In this document: positions 1 through 7,592 of the stretch, piece by piece
How positions within the stretch are numbered: the first letter of the stretch is position 1
How the letters are laid out: every line of letters starts with the position of its first letter
NCBI RefSeq assembly: GCF_029946505.1
Contig: NZ_JARZHG010000009.1
Span: 234,927 to 298,926 of the forward strand
DNA: 64,000 nucleotides
From: Polyangium sp. y55x31
GTDB taxonomy: Bacteria > Myxococcota_A > Polyangia > Polyangiales > Polyangiaceae
Direction: 5' to 3'
Made by a program: the position numbers and the translations under genes
The notes under the pieces: generated by a model
Seen by the model: only the letters and a program-made list of their open reading frames with translations
Told to the model about the DNA's origin: nothing
The model's database searches: none

Positions 1-422
1 CGGCCGTGGAGGGAGCGGATGGCCTCGACGCGCTCTACCAGGAAGAGACCGCTGGCGAGAAGGATGCTATGGCCACCGTGTTGAAAGACTATACCTGGCC
101 TGATCCCGCTGACGAGGCTCGGTATGACGCGAGCTTCACCGGGGCAGACGTGACGATCGAGGACGCGCTGCGGTATCTGGCGATCGAGATCGCCCAGAAG
201 CACGCAGATGCGAACGTGAAGACCGCAGGGGTCATGCCGCTCGACAAGGTCTACGATAACGGCTTCGACCCGCTGACCGGCGGCTTCGAGGCCACGCCCA
301 CCACACCGTATCAGGTATTCGATCAATGGGTCGAGGTGCTGCCCACGGATCAGCTCGTGGCGGTGCAGGTCGAGTACGATCCGGTCACGGGGAGGCTGGT
401 CACGCCGCCCGCAGAGCCCTGA
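1..422 (+). CDS. hypothetical protein, 3' fragment (gene starts upstream of window)
   Basis: Open frame enters from the window edge (ORF 6..422). The translation is compositionally protein-like and diverse (…DYTWPDPADEARYD…). GC is lower than the window average. No recognisable domain. Confidence 0.5.
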   Translation, partial: AVEGADGLDALYQEETAGEKDAMATVLKDYTWPDPADEARYDASFTGADVTIEDALRYLAIEIAQKHADANVKTAGVMPLDKVYDNGFDPLTGGFEATPTTPYQVFDQWVEVLPTDQLVAVQVEYDPVTGRLVTPPAEP

Positions 423-505
423 CGGGCAGGCATGAGTGGGTGGCCCCGGCCGGCGTGGATATCTGCGCTGGCCGGGGTCGGCCGATGGCAGCCAGCGATC
501 CCAGA

Positions 506-2149
506 ATGTCCATAGGCAAAACCATGACTACTCAGCAGGTCAAGCTCAGCATCACGGTGTTCGATATCGACAATCAGCCCGTGGACCGGTTTACGGTCGC
601 GTGCAATTGGTGGTCTACAGGGGCCGGTAACAACTCGGAAGCGCAAATCAATAACAAGTTCGACTGTACGCTGGAGGCCGACGTACCGACGGGGAAGACC
701 AGCGATGTAAAAATCACCGTGAGCCACCCGGAATTTTTCAAGGAAGAGACGAGCATCGACACCTCCGGGAGTCATTGGACCAACCCTACGTGTGGGGTCA
801 CGCCGACCACGAATCCGGCGACGACCCCGCTTCAGGTCAAGTTCGTCCTGGGTCGGATGCAGAAGGCGCCGACAGTCGGGTTCCAGACCAAGGATCAGTT
901 GCGCGCGCTCATGGGTTCGCCGACTGGTGTCCTCCTCAACGAGACCCTCAGAAATCCTGGAGAGTTCGACTATCGAGCCTTGTTCAACCAGAAAAAGAAC
1001 CGATTCTTGGCGATTTCGCATCCAATCAGCAAGGACTCCAATGCGATACACCCGATCGTCAAAGACCCTCATGCAGACAACTGGGGGCGGGTACACCACG
1101 CGCATTTTACCGTGGACCCTTCGACGCAAGGACGCTTTCGATGGGTTGAATATGGCAAGGGAACCCAGCGCTTCGCAGTCGCAATCTGGATCCCCGAAGT
1201 CTATTTTGCGAACAACACCACAAGCAAATTAGACTTTATCGTATTTTACAGCCCAACCACGAACCTACCACAATATACACTGCCACGAGGACAACAGTAT
1301 CCTTATGGATTAAAAGGCACGGATCCGTGGCAGCCATACATCGCCGGGCTTGGACAGTCATACCTATTCAACGCACACTTCCTCAGCTATCAGCTATTGG
1401 CCGCCCAAAAGCGCGCCGTGTTGGTGATGCCGATAAACAACTTCGGTGAGTGGGGGCCATTCTCAGACCGGGCCGGCGTTCATCGGCTACTTGCGGAGGC
1501 CGCGCATTTCGTACACAAACAACGCCCCTGGAATATCGACGGCACATTCAAAGGACCGCTGCAAGACAAGCACGCACCAATCCCTGGGATCGGAAAGGTC
1601 GTAATCTCTGGATTCAGCAGTGGACACGTCCCAATCGACCGACTCATCTCACCAAGAAAGGAGGCGCGCGCGTTCAATCCCCTCTTCTACACCGCCGACG
1701 CAGCATCCTTCCCCAAGGTGTGGAAGGAGATTTGGGATTTGGACCTCGCACTCGGCTCTGCGACAGTCGATTGGGAGAAGAAGTTGATGAATTGGTTGGG
1801 AACGGATCCGACAAGGCGCTTTCGGATGTATCACTCCGAATACACAGCAGAACGCTGGCGACCGAGCGCCGGAAAAACACTGTCACCAAGGCAGACCATC
1901 AACAAGAAAGGGACAGCCGTGGGGGTAGAGGCCGAAGAGGTCTACGCGACAGATGGGCGCTGGTCGGCCGTGTACTTTTCGAACCTGTTCCTGCAGGGCT
2001 CCAAAGATGACAACAACGTCGACGGGCCCTGGTTACCGAAGTTCACGACGGACAAAAAAGGCCACCCGGAGAACATCGGCAAACATCACTTCATGATTGA
2101 CATCGTACTAGCGCACGCCGCGCTGACGAGCACACTCGATCCACTCTAG
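506..2149 (+). CDS. hypothetical protein (~550 aa) in low-GC island; contains G-F-S-S-G (GxSxG) motif
   Basis: Long ORF 326..2149; the start is chosen at the internal Met (MSIGKTMTTQQ) where GC drops to about 52-55%. The VVISGFSSGHVPID segment resembles a serine-hydrolase nucleophile elbow, but no family is assignable. Start could also be 485 or 521. Confidence 0.6.
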   Translation: MSIGKTMTTQQVKLSITVFDIDNQPVDRFTVACNWWSTGAGNNSEAQINNKFDCTLEADVPTGKTSDVKITVSHPEFFKEETSIDTSGSHWTNPTCGVTPTTNPATTPLQVKFVLGRMQKAPTVGFQTKDQLRALMGSPTGVLLNETLRNPGEFDYRALFNQKKNRFLAISHPISKDSNAIHPIVKDPHADNWGRVHHAHFTVDPSTQGRFRWVEYGKGTQRFAVAIWIPEVYFANNTTSKLDFIVFYSPTTNLPQYTLPRGQQYPYGLKGTDPWQPYIAGLGQSYLFNAHFLSYQLLAAQKRAVLVMPINNFGEWGPFSDRAGVHRLLAEAAHFVHKQRPWNIDGTFKGPLQDKHAPIPGIGKVVISGFSSGHVPIDRLISPRKEARAFNPLFYTADAASFPKVWKEIWDLDLALGSATVDWEKKLMNWLGTDPTRRFRMYHSEYTAERWRPSAGKTLSPRQTINKKGTAVGVEAEEVYATDGRWSAVYFSNLFLQGSKDDNNVDGPWLPKFTTDKKGHPENIGKHHFMIDIVLAHAALTSTLDPL

Positions 2150-2184
2150 CCGTCATTGCAACCCATCACGCGAATGCGCGACTC

Positions 2185-3399
2185 TCACCGCTCCTGGATC
2201 CGGTCCGGGCTGAGCATGAGAGGCTTGACAAATTCGGCCATCTGAAAATCGAGTTCTACTCCGCACGGGAGCGGCACGCGCCGGACGCGATCGCCATCGA
2301 CGATATGCAGATGTTCTCCAAGCTGATACACCTGGACCGTCGTGGTCGCGAGACCCCCGCCGCAGCCCACCACGGCGCCGTTGGGCTTACGTAGGCGGCT
2401 CGCAAAACACATGTCGCATTGCTGATAGAGGATGCCGAGGTCCTGCGACGGACCGATGTCAGGTGGCAGCGCCAGACGAACGCTCGTGACGCTGCGACAG
2501 CACCGGGTGGTCGGAGATTGTCGACACTCGAGCCGCCCCGATTCGTGAAGTTCATGGCCCTCGGGTAACACCTCGCGGACGAATGTCGCGGGGACCTTGC
2601 GCCGTGGGCTGGCGCTCCCCTGGCAACGAGTTGATGGGCCGTCGTCGAGATAAGCACTCCGGAGACGCGTGAGGTCACGCTTGGGGATCTGCGTCACGAG
2701 CGTCGCGCAAGCGTCCGGAGGCATGGGCGTGATGTGCCGGCCGTCCTGGGTGACGGAGCGACCTTCCTCCGGGTGGTCGGTCGTAATGACGAGGCGCCTT
2801 TTCCCTTCGATACGATATTCGATGGCCATAGGGCGACCGCTCGAACCGAGGCAAAGGAAACGCAAAATGGACGGCGTGACCTCCTCGGCGGAACAAAGCT
2901 CGACAGCCGCGTATTCCGCAGCGAAAAGCGGGGCCGAAAGTGCAATCGACAGCGTCGAACGAGGCTGGGGCAGGACCGACAGCCCCTCGGGGAACGAGTA
3001 CCGGGTCAGGAGCGACGGTGACTCCAGGTGCACCATATCGGTCGGATCGATCGAATCCGCGGTGTACGATCCAGCAATATGAACTTCGATGACGACGGGC
3101 GTCGTACATGCCGTCGTCCCCTCCCCCGCCTCCCCCTCCGACGCAGCGTCCCCCGCATCGCCCCCATTGCCTGCCTCCGACGGCGCCTCCACCGACGGCC
3201 CCGCCTCCACCTCCCCCCCCATCCGCACCGTCATCCCCCCACACCCCGCCTGCGCGCGCAGCACGCCAAACGCTGCGGCCACGAGCATCCCACCGAGCAG
3301 CGCCGCCCCGACCAACCGCGCGCCCCTCCACGCCCCTTGCCCTGCCGGGCCCGCTGCATCCGATGGCTCATCTGTCCGATGAGGCAACCTGCTTGACAT
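2185..3399 (-). CDS. hypothetical protein with N-terminal signal/TM anchor
   Basis: 404-aa ORF. Has an N-terminal hydrophobic segment (LVGAALLGGMLVAAAFGVL), a Gly/Ala/Glu-rich linker and a diverse C-terminal region. The 3' half is lower in GC (about 58-60%). Confidence 0.55.
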   Translation of the reverse strand: MSSRLPHRTDEPSDAAGPAGQGAWRGARLVGAALLGGMLVAAAFGVLRAQAGCGGMTVRMGGEVEAGPSVEAPSEAGNGGDAGDAASEGEAGEGTTACTTPVVIEVHIAGSYTADSIDPTDMVHLESPSLLTRYSFPEGLSVLPQPRSTLSIALSAPLFAAEYAAVELCSAEEVTPSILRFLCLGSSGRPMAIEYRIEGKRRLVITTDHPEEGRSVTQDGRHITPMPPDACATLVTQIPKRDLTRLRSAYLDDGPSTRCQGSASPRRKVPATFVREVLPEGHELHESGRLECRQSPTTRCCRSVTSVRLALPPDIGPSQDLGILYQQCDMCFASRLRKPNGAVVGCGGGLATTTVQVYQLGEHLHIVDGDRVRRVPLPCGVELDFQMAEFVKPLMLSPDRIQER

Positions 3400-3711
3400 C
3401 TCCCCCAGGATACCCTTTCCCCGCGCCCCGCCCTAAAACTTTTCCTCCCGGAAGACACTCCCAAGTCCCTCCCGAGGAAACCTCTTCCCCATCCCTCTCC
3501 CCTCCCCGAGCCCCACCTGGAAAACTTTTCCTAACGAAGCCCCCTCCCACCCCCCGAACCACGCAACTTTTTACTCGCCCCCTTCCCTTCGCGAACCTTT
3601 TTGCATAACCGTTCCCTCCCGCCCCTCCCTCCCCGGAGCCCCCGTGCAAAACCTTTCCTTCTCCTGTACATTCCCCTACCTTCCATCCTCGCAAATCAAG
3701 GGAACGACACC
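3400..3711. promoter_or_regulatory. pyrimidine-rich divergent intergenic region with repeated palindromic motif GGAAAACTTTTCC
   Basis: C/T-rich 312-bp spacer between divergent genes (2185..3399 minus; 3712..4452 plus). There is a perfect 13-bp palindrome GGAAAACTTTTCC near 3523, and variants TAAAACTTTTCC (near 3440), GCAAAACCTTTCC (near 3648), CAACTTTTTAC and GAACCTTTTTGC. Confidence 0.4.
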
Positions 3712-4452
3712 ATGACACCCCCCATCGACCCCGAGCAGGCTTACCAAAAGTACCTCCCCGCGGCGCAAGCCCTGCAAGCCGACCAGATCTTGCCCTTCCG
3801 GCTCGACCTCGACCTCGCGCTCGCGAACGTCACCACCGGCATGCGCGTCGCCTCGGCGCACGAGCACGACATTCCCATCCACCTGCCCCAAATCGACCTC
3901 GCCGCGCTCTTCGCCCTCCCCGAGCTCGCGGTCGCCACCAAGTTCGCCGCGCTCCGCGCCGAGCAGGAGACGCCCGGCGAATCCCTCCTCCAGGCGAAGC
4001 TCTCGACCGCCGCGCGCCTGCGCGCGCAGCTCCTCTCGTCCGCCAAGGCCCTCGCCTCCAATGGTACGATTCCCCAGGCGGAGGTCGACGCCATCATCGC
4101 GGGCCGCGGCGCGCGCGACCGCGCCGAGGATTGCATGTCGCTCGCGGACCTCTTCCGGAGGCACGCGCAAGCCATCACCGGAAAACACCCCGTCACCCCC
4201 GCCCAAATCGACGAGGCCGCCGAGATCGGCGCCTTCCTGGTCACCCACCTCAAGCCCTCGGACGCGCCGAAGGCTGCCCCCGCCGCACCCACCCTCGCCG
4301 TGGACATCCGCAATCGATTGGCCACCCTGCTCGTCCGCGAGCACGCCCGCCTCCAGGCCGTCGCCCATTACTTTCATCCCGACGACTGGGAAGAGCTCGC
4401 GCCACCCCTCGGCGCGCGGACCGTCAAACGACCGAAGCCCGCGGAGGCTTGA
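3712..4452 (+). CDS. hypothetical protein
   Basis: ATG at 3712 is preceded by a purine-rich stretch (caagggaacgac). 246-aa Ala/Leu-rich product with no recognisable motif. Confidence 0.6.
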   Translation: MTPPIDPEQAYQKYLPAAQALQADQILPFRLDLDLALANVTTGMRVASAHEHDIPIHLPQIDLAALFALPELAVATKFAALRAEQETPGESLLQAKLSTAARLRAQLLSSAKALASNGTIPQAEVDAIIAGRGARDRAEDCMSLADLFRRHAQAITGKHPVTPAQIDEAAEIGAFLVTHLKPSDAPKAAPAAPTLAVDIRNRLATLLVREHARLQAVAHYFHPDDWEELAPPLGARTVKRPKPAEA

Positions 4453-4498
4453 TCCCGGACGCGACACCGCCCCGCCGCCCCACACGCGAAGGTGCCGG

Positions 4499-4942
4499 AT
4501 GAAGCGCCGCATCGTCCCGCCGCTCTGCATCGCAATCGTCGCGAGCGTCATCGCGATCCAGACCGCGCGAACCCCTGGCCCCGCGCGCTCGCCGGGCGAA
4601 GGCGCCCGCCCCGCGAAGGCCACGTCCATCCCCTGCCCCGACGCGACGCGGGCGCTGCTCGACGGGCTCGACGTGGGCCAGGATCTCGGCGGCTACCGCG
4701 TCACGTACGTGCGTTGCACGAAGCCCGAGGTGATCGAGGTCGAGCTCGACAAGGGCGGGACGAGCCTCCTGCTCATCGTGGCCGAGCCAGGCGCCGTTCC
4801 GCACGCTTCGCCCAAGCAGACCGCGAAACACGCTCTCTTCTACAACCGCCGCGGCCCGCAGGACGGGCCTCCGACGGGTGGAGAGATCTTCGAGCTGCTC
4901 GGGCTGCTCGCGAAGCGCGTCGAGGCCGCAGAGCAGCGCTGA
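4499..4942 (+). CDS. secreted hypothetical protein (signal peptide)
   Basis: ATG at 4499 in the frame of ORF 4061..4942. The N-terminus MKRRIVPPLCIAIVASVIAIQTA looks like a typical signal peptide. The upstream part of the long ORF has junk composition. Confidence 0.6.
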   Translation: MKRRIVPPLCIAIVASVIAIQTARTPGPARSPGEGARPAKATSIPCPDATRALLDGLDVGQDLGGYRVTYVRCTKPEVIEVELDKGGTSLLLIVAEPGAVPHASPKQTAKHALFYNRRGPQDGPPTGGEIFELLGLLAKRVEAAEQR

Positions 4943-4970
4943 TCTCAGCCGGAGGACACGAGGACCTGAT

Positions 4971-5942
4971 TCAGTCCGCTCGAAAGCCCACGGGCGCGAT
5001 CCACGCGAGCACGATCATCACGCAGAGCAGGATCCATATCGCGTCGGGCATGGTGGGCTGCCCGAGCTCGGGCCTTCGCGCGAGCAGCGGATCCTCGATA
5101 CGCGGGCGGCGGAAGATGCGCGGCCACGGGACCGCGAAGAGGAGGAGCAGCGACATCGGCTCCAGATAAGGCATCTTGCAGAGCAGGAGGATGTGGAGGT
5201 GCAGCGCCCAGATCGCCGCCGTCCACGCGAGGCGCCATCGCGCGCCGAAGAGCAGGACGAACGAGCCGCCCTCGATCACGAGCGTCGCGAGCGCCGACAA
5301 GCGCGCGAGATCCGGGCTCTCGATCAGGGTGTTCCGATAGGCGAGCAGCCAGGGAAAGCTCGCGAGCGGCTCCTGCGAGAGGATGAGCCAGCGAATTTGA
5401 CTCGGGTTCACCCAGCCAAACCCCGACGCGAAGAGCTTGCTCAGCGCCGAGCCCACGTACCCGGCCGCGATGCAGGCCATCGCGCCCGCCTCGGCGAACG
5501 ATTCGCGCAGCGGGCGCCCCTCGGGCGAAAGCGCGTCGCGCCCGGCGACGACGCGGGCCCAGACGAGGCCGAGGACCCAGCCGAAGAGCATCGCCCCCGG
5601 GAAAAAGCAGTTGCGCGACGGCGTGCCGAAGAGCTCGGTTCGCCACTGGCTCAGCACCGCCATCCACCCGATCGCCCACGCCCCGGCGGCGATGACGAAG
5701 CGATCGAGCGCGAAAAAAAGGAGGCCGACCGCGACGAGCCCGAAGAGCACCCAGGCGAGGGCCGGCGTGTTCGGCAAGAAGCAGAGGAGCCCCGGCGCCC
5801 TGGGGACGAAATGGGGATCCTTCGCCATGCTCGCCACCTCGAATGCCGCGTCCAGGAAGACGATCCCCGCAATCACGGCGAGTCCCACGCGCAGCGCGGT
5901 CCGCGAATGGCCGTCGTACGGCGAGCGATACACGAGGCTCAC
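4971..5942 (-). CDS. polytopic membrane protein of unknown function
   Basis: Multiple hydrophobic helices (e.g. LAWVLFGLVAVGLLFFAL, IWILLCVMIVLAWIAPV). The GTG start at 5942 overlaps the TGA of the upstream gene (GTGA). An alternative ATG is at 5828. The N-terminal extension of ORF 4971..6464 beyond 5942 is Arg-rich junk. Confidence 0.6.
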   Translation of the reverse strand: MSLVYRSPYDGHSRTALRVGLAVIAGIVFLDAAFEVASMAKDPHFVPRAPGLLCFLPNTPALAWVLFGLVAVGLLFFALDRFVIAAGAWAIGWMAVLSQWRTELFGTPSRNCFFPGAMLFGWVLGLVWARVVAGRDALSPEGRPLRESFAEAGAMACIAAGYVGSALSKLFASGFGWVNPSQIRWLILSQEPLASFPWLLAYRNTLIESPDLARLSALATLVIEGGSFVLLFGARWRLAWTAAIWALHLHILLLCKMPYLEPMSLLLLFAVPWPRIFRRPRIEDPLLARRPELGQPTMPDAIWILLCVMIVLAWIAPVGFRAD

Positions 5943-6403
5943 GGCGCCCTCCGGCGCACGCGGCAAGAGGCGAGCTCGCAATCCTGGCTCGCCGGCGGCC
6001 CCGGGCGATCTTCGAGGGTCCACGTCCGCCAGACGATGCGCGCGTCCTCCATTCCGGCGGCGTCGCTCGTGACGTGCGCGTCGAGGTAGACCTGGAGGTC
6101 GCGGGACACATATTCGACGCGGCCCTGATCCCCGGGCGCGCAATGCCGGACATCGTCGAGCTTGGGCCACGCCGGCGCGCAAGAAAAACCGTCGAACGCC
6201 GTGATCTCCGCGGCCTCGCCCGACGCGCCCACCACGAGGACCCGCGACGCGACGTCGGGCGAGCGCCCCTGGTACATGCCGAAGGCCGAGAGCGGAAAGA
6301 AATTGCCGACGCCCCGGGCCGCGAGGAGATACGCGATCGCAATCGCCCAGGCGGCCATCCCGGCGCCCGCGCGGCGTTCGTCCCGGTACGGCCCGCTCGA
6401 CAT
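5939..6403 (-). CDS. small membrane-anchored hypothetical protein
   Basis: C-terminal 154 codons of ORF 5939..7534 read as a real protein: N-terminal TM (MAAWAIAIAYLLAARGVG), then a soluble domain. The rest of that ORF is antisense to the + strand cytochrome gene. Alternative start at 6358. Confidence 0.45.
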   Translation of the reverse strand: MSSGPYRDERRAGAGMAAWAIAIAYLLAARGVGNFFPLSAFGMYQGRSPDVASRVLVVGASGEAAEITAFDGFSCAPAWPKLDDVRHCAPGDQGRVEYVSRDLQVYLDAHVTSDAAGMEDARIVWRTWTLEDRPGPPASQDCELASCRVRRRAP

Positions 6404-6493
6404 TGACGGGGAACCTACCACCCACGGATCGCCGCGCGCAACACCCCGAAGGCCTCTGGCACATCCCCTCCGCCCGGCGTACTCTCCGCCCCC

Positions 6494-7567
6494 ATGCGTA
6501 CCCTCCCGGCGCTCGCCCTCGCGGGCCTCTGCTTGCTCCTCGCCCCTCGCGCGCTCGCCGACGGCGATCCCGCGCGTGGCAAGCAGCTCCTGTTCGAGCG
6601 CGGATGCGCGGCCTGCCATTCCTTCGACGGCTCCGCGCGCCCCGGGCCGACCTATCTCGGCCTCGTCGGCAAGACCCGCAAGGTCGTCACGCAGGAAAAA
6701 ACCCGCGAGATCGTCGCGGACGAGGCCTACATCCGCCGCAGCATCCTCGAGCCGAACCACGACATCGTCGAGGGATACATGCCCGGCGCCATGCCCGGGC
6801 TCGCGATGCGCGAGGGCGACGTCGATCACCTGGTCGCAGCGATCGCCGAGATTGGCGGCGCCGCGAAGGCCGCGCCGCCGAAGACCGAAAAGAACGGCAG
6901 CCTCGGCCTGCTCGCGGCCGCGACGCTCTCCTTCGTGCTCGGCCACATAGGCCTGTCGAGCGTCACCCTCCGGCGCCCGCTCATCCAGAAGCTCAGCGAG
7001 AAGGGTTTTCAAGGGGTCTATTCGATCCTCGTCCTCGCGGCGTTCATCTGGATGATCTTCGCCTATCGCGCGGCGCCGCACGTCGAGCTGTGGCAGGCCC
7101 CGGCGTGGACACGCTGGATCCCGCTCGTGGTGATGCCGATCGCGTTTTTCTTCCTGGTCTGCGGGTATTCCACGCAAAACCCGACGCAGATGATGCAGGA
7201 GAAGGCGGTGGGCGCGGAGCCGCGGGGGATCGTGCGGATCACGCGCCACCCGGCGCTCTGGTCGTTCGCGCTCTGGGCGATGGCCCATATCCCGCCGAAC
7301 GGGGACGTGGCGTCGGTCTGCCTCTTCGGCGGCATCGCGTGCCTGGCCATCGCGGGGATGTTGCACATCGACAGCCGCCGCAAGCTCGCGCTCGGCGACG
7401 CGTGGGAGCCGTTCGCCGCAAAGACCTCGCTCGTGCCGTTCGCCCGCGGCGGCGTGGGCAAGGCGCTCGGGGAGATCGGTATCGTGCGGTTCGTCGTGGC
7501 GATTCTGCTCTACGTGGGCATGCTGCACGGACACCGAATGGTGATCGGCGTATCGGCGATGCCGTAG
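6494..7567 (+). CDS. c-type cytochrome domain fused to NnrU-family membrane protein
   Basis: Signal peptide MRTLPALALAGLCLLLAPRALA. Haem-binding CAACH (CxxCH) with downstream Met ligand region (GYMPGAMPG). C-terminal 5-TM region with NnrU-like features (RITRHPALWSFALWAMAH). Confidence 0.8.
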   Translation: MRTLPALALAGLCLLLAPRALADGDPARGKQLLFERGCAACHSFDGSARPGPTYLGLVGKTRKVVTQEKTREIVADEAYIRRSILEPNHDIVEGYMPGAMPGLAMREGDVDHLVAAIAEIGGAAKAAPPKTEKNGSLGLLAAATLSFVLGHIGLSSVTLRRPLIQKLSEKGFQGVYSILVLAAFIWMIFAYRAAPHVELWQAPAWTRWIPLVVMPIAFFFLVCGYSTQNPTQMMQEKAVGAEPRGIVRITRHPALWSFALWAMAHIPPNGDVASVCLFGGIACLAIAGMLHIDSRRKLALGDAWEPFAAKTSLVPFARGGVGKALGEIGIVRFVVAILLYVGMLHGHRMVIGVSAMP

Positions 7568-7592
7568 CGCGAAGAGCCCCGCCTTCGCCCGC

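Noticed and set aside
3108-3608. 166-aa Pro-rich ORF (MPSSPPPPPPPTQRPP…)
   Set aside because: It is a translation of the pyrimidine-rich intergenic tract, with no start context. It overlaps the end of the minus-strand gene and is an artefact of C/T richness.
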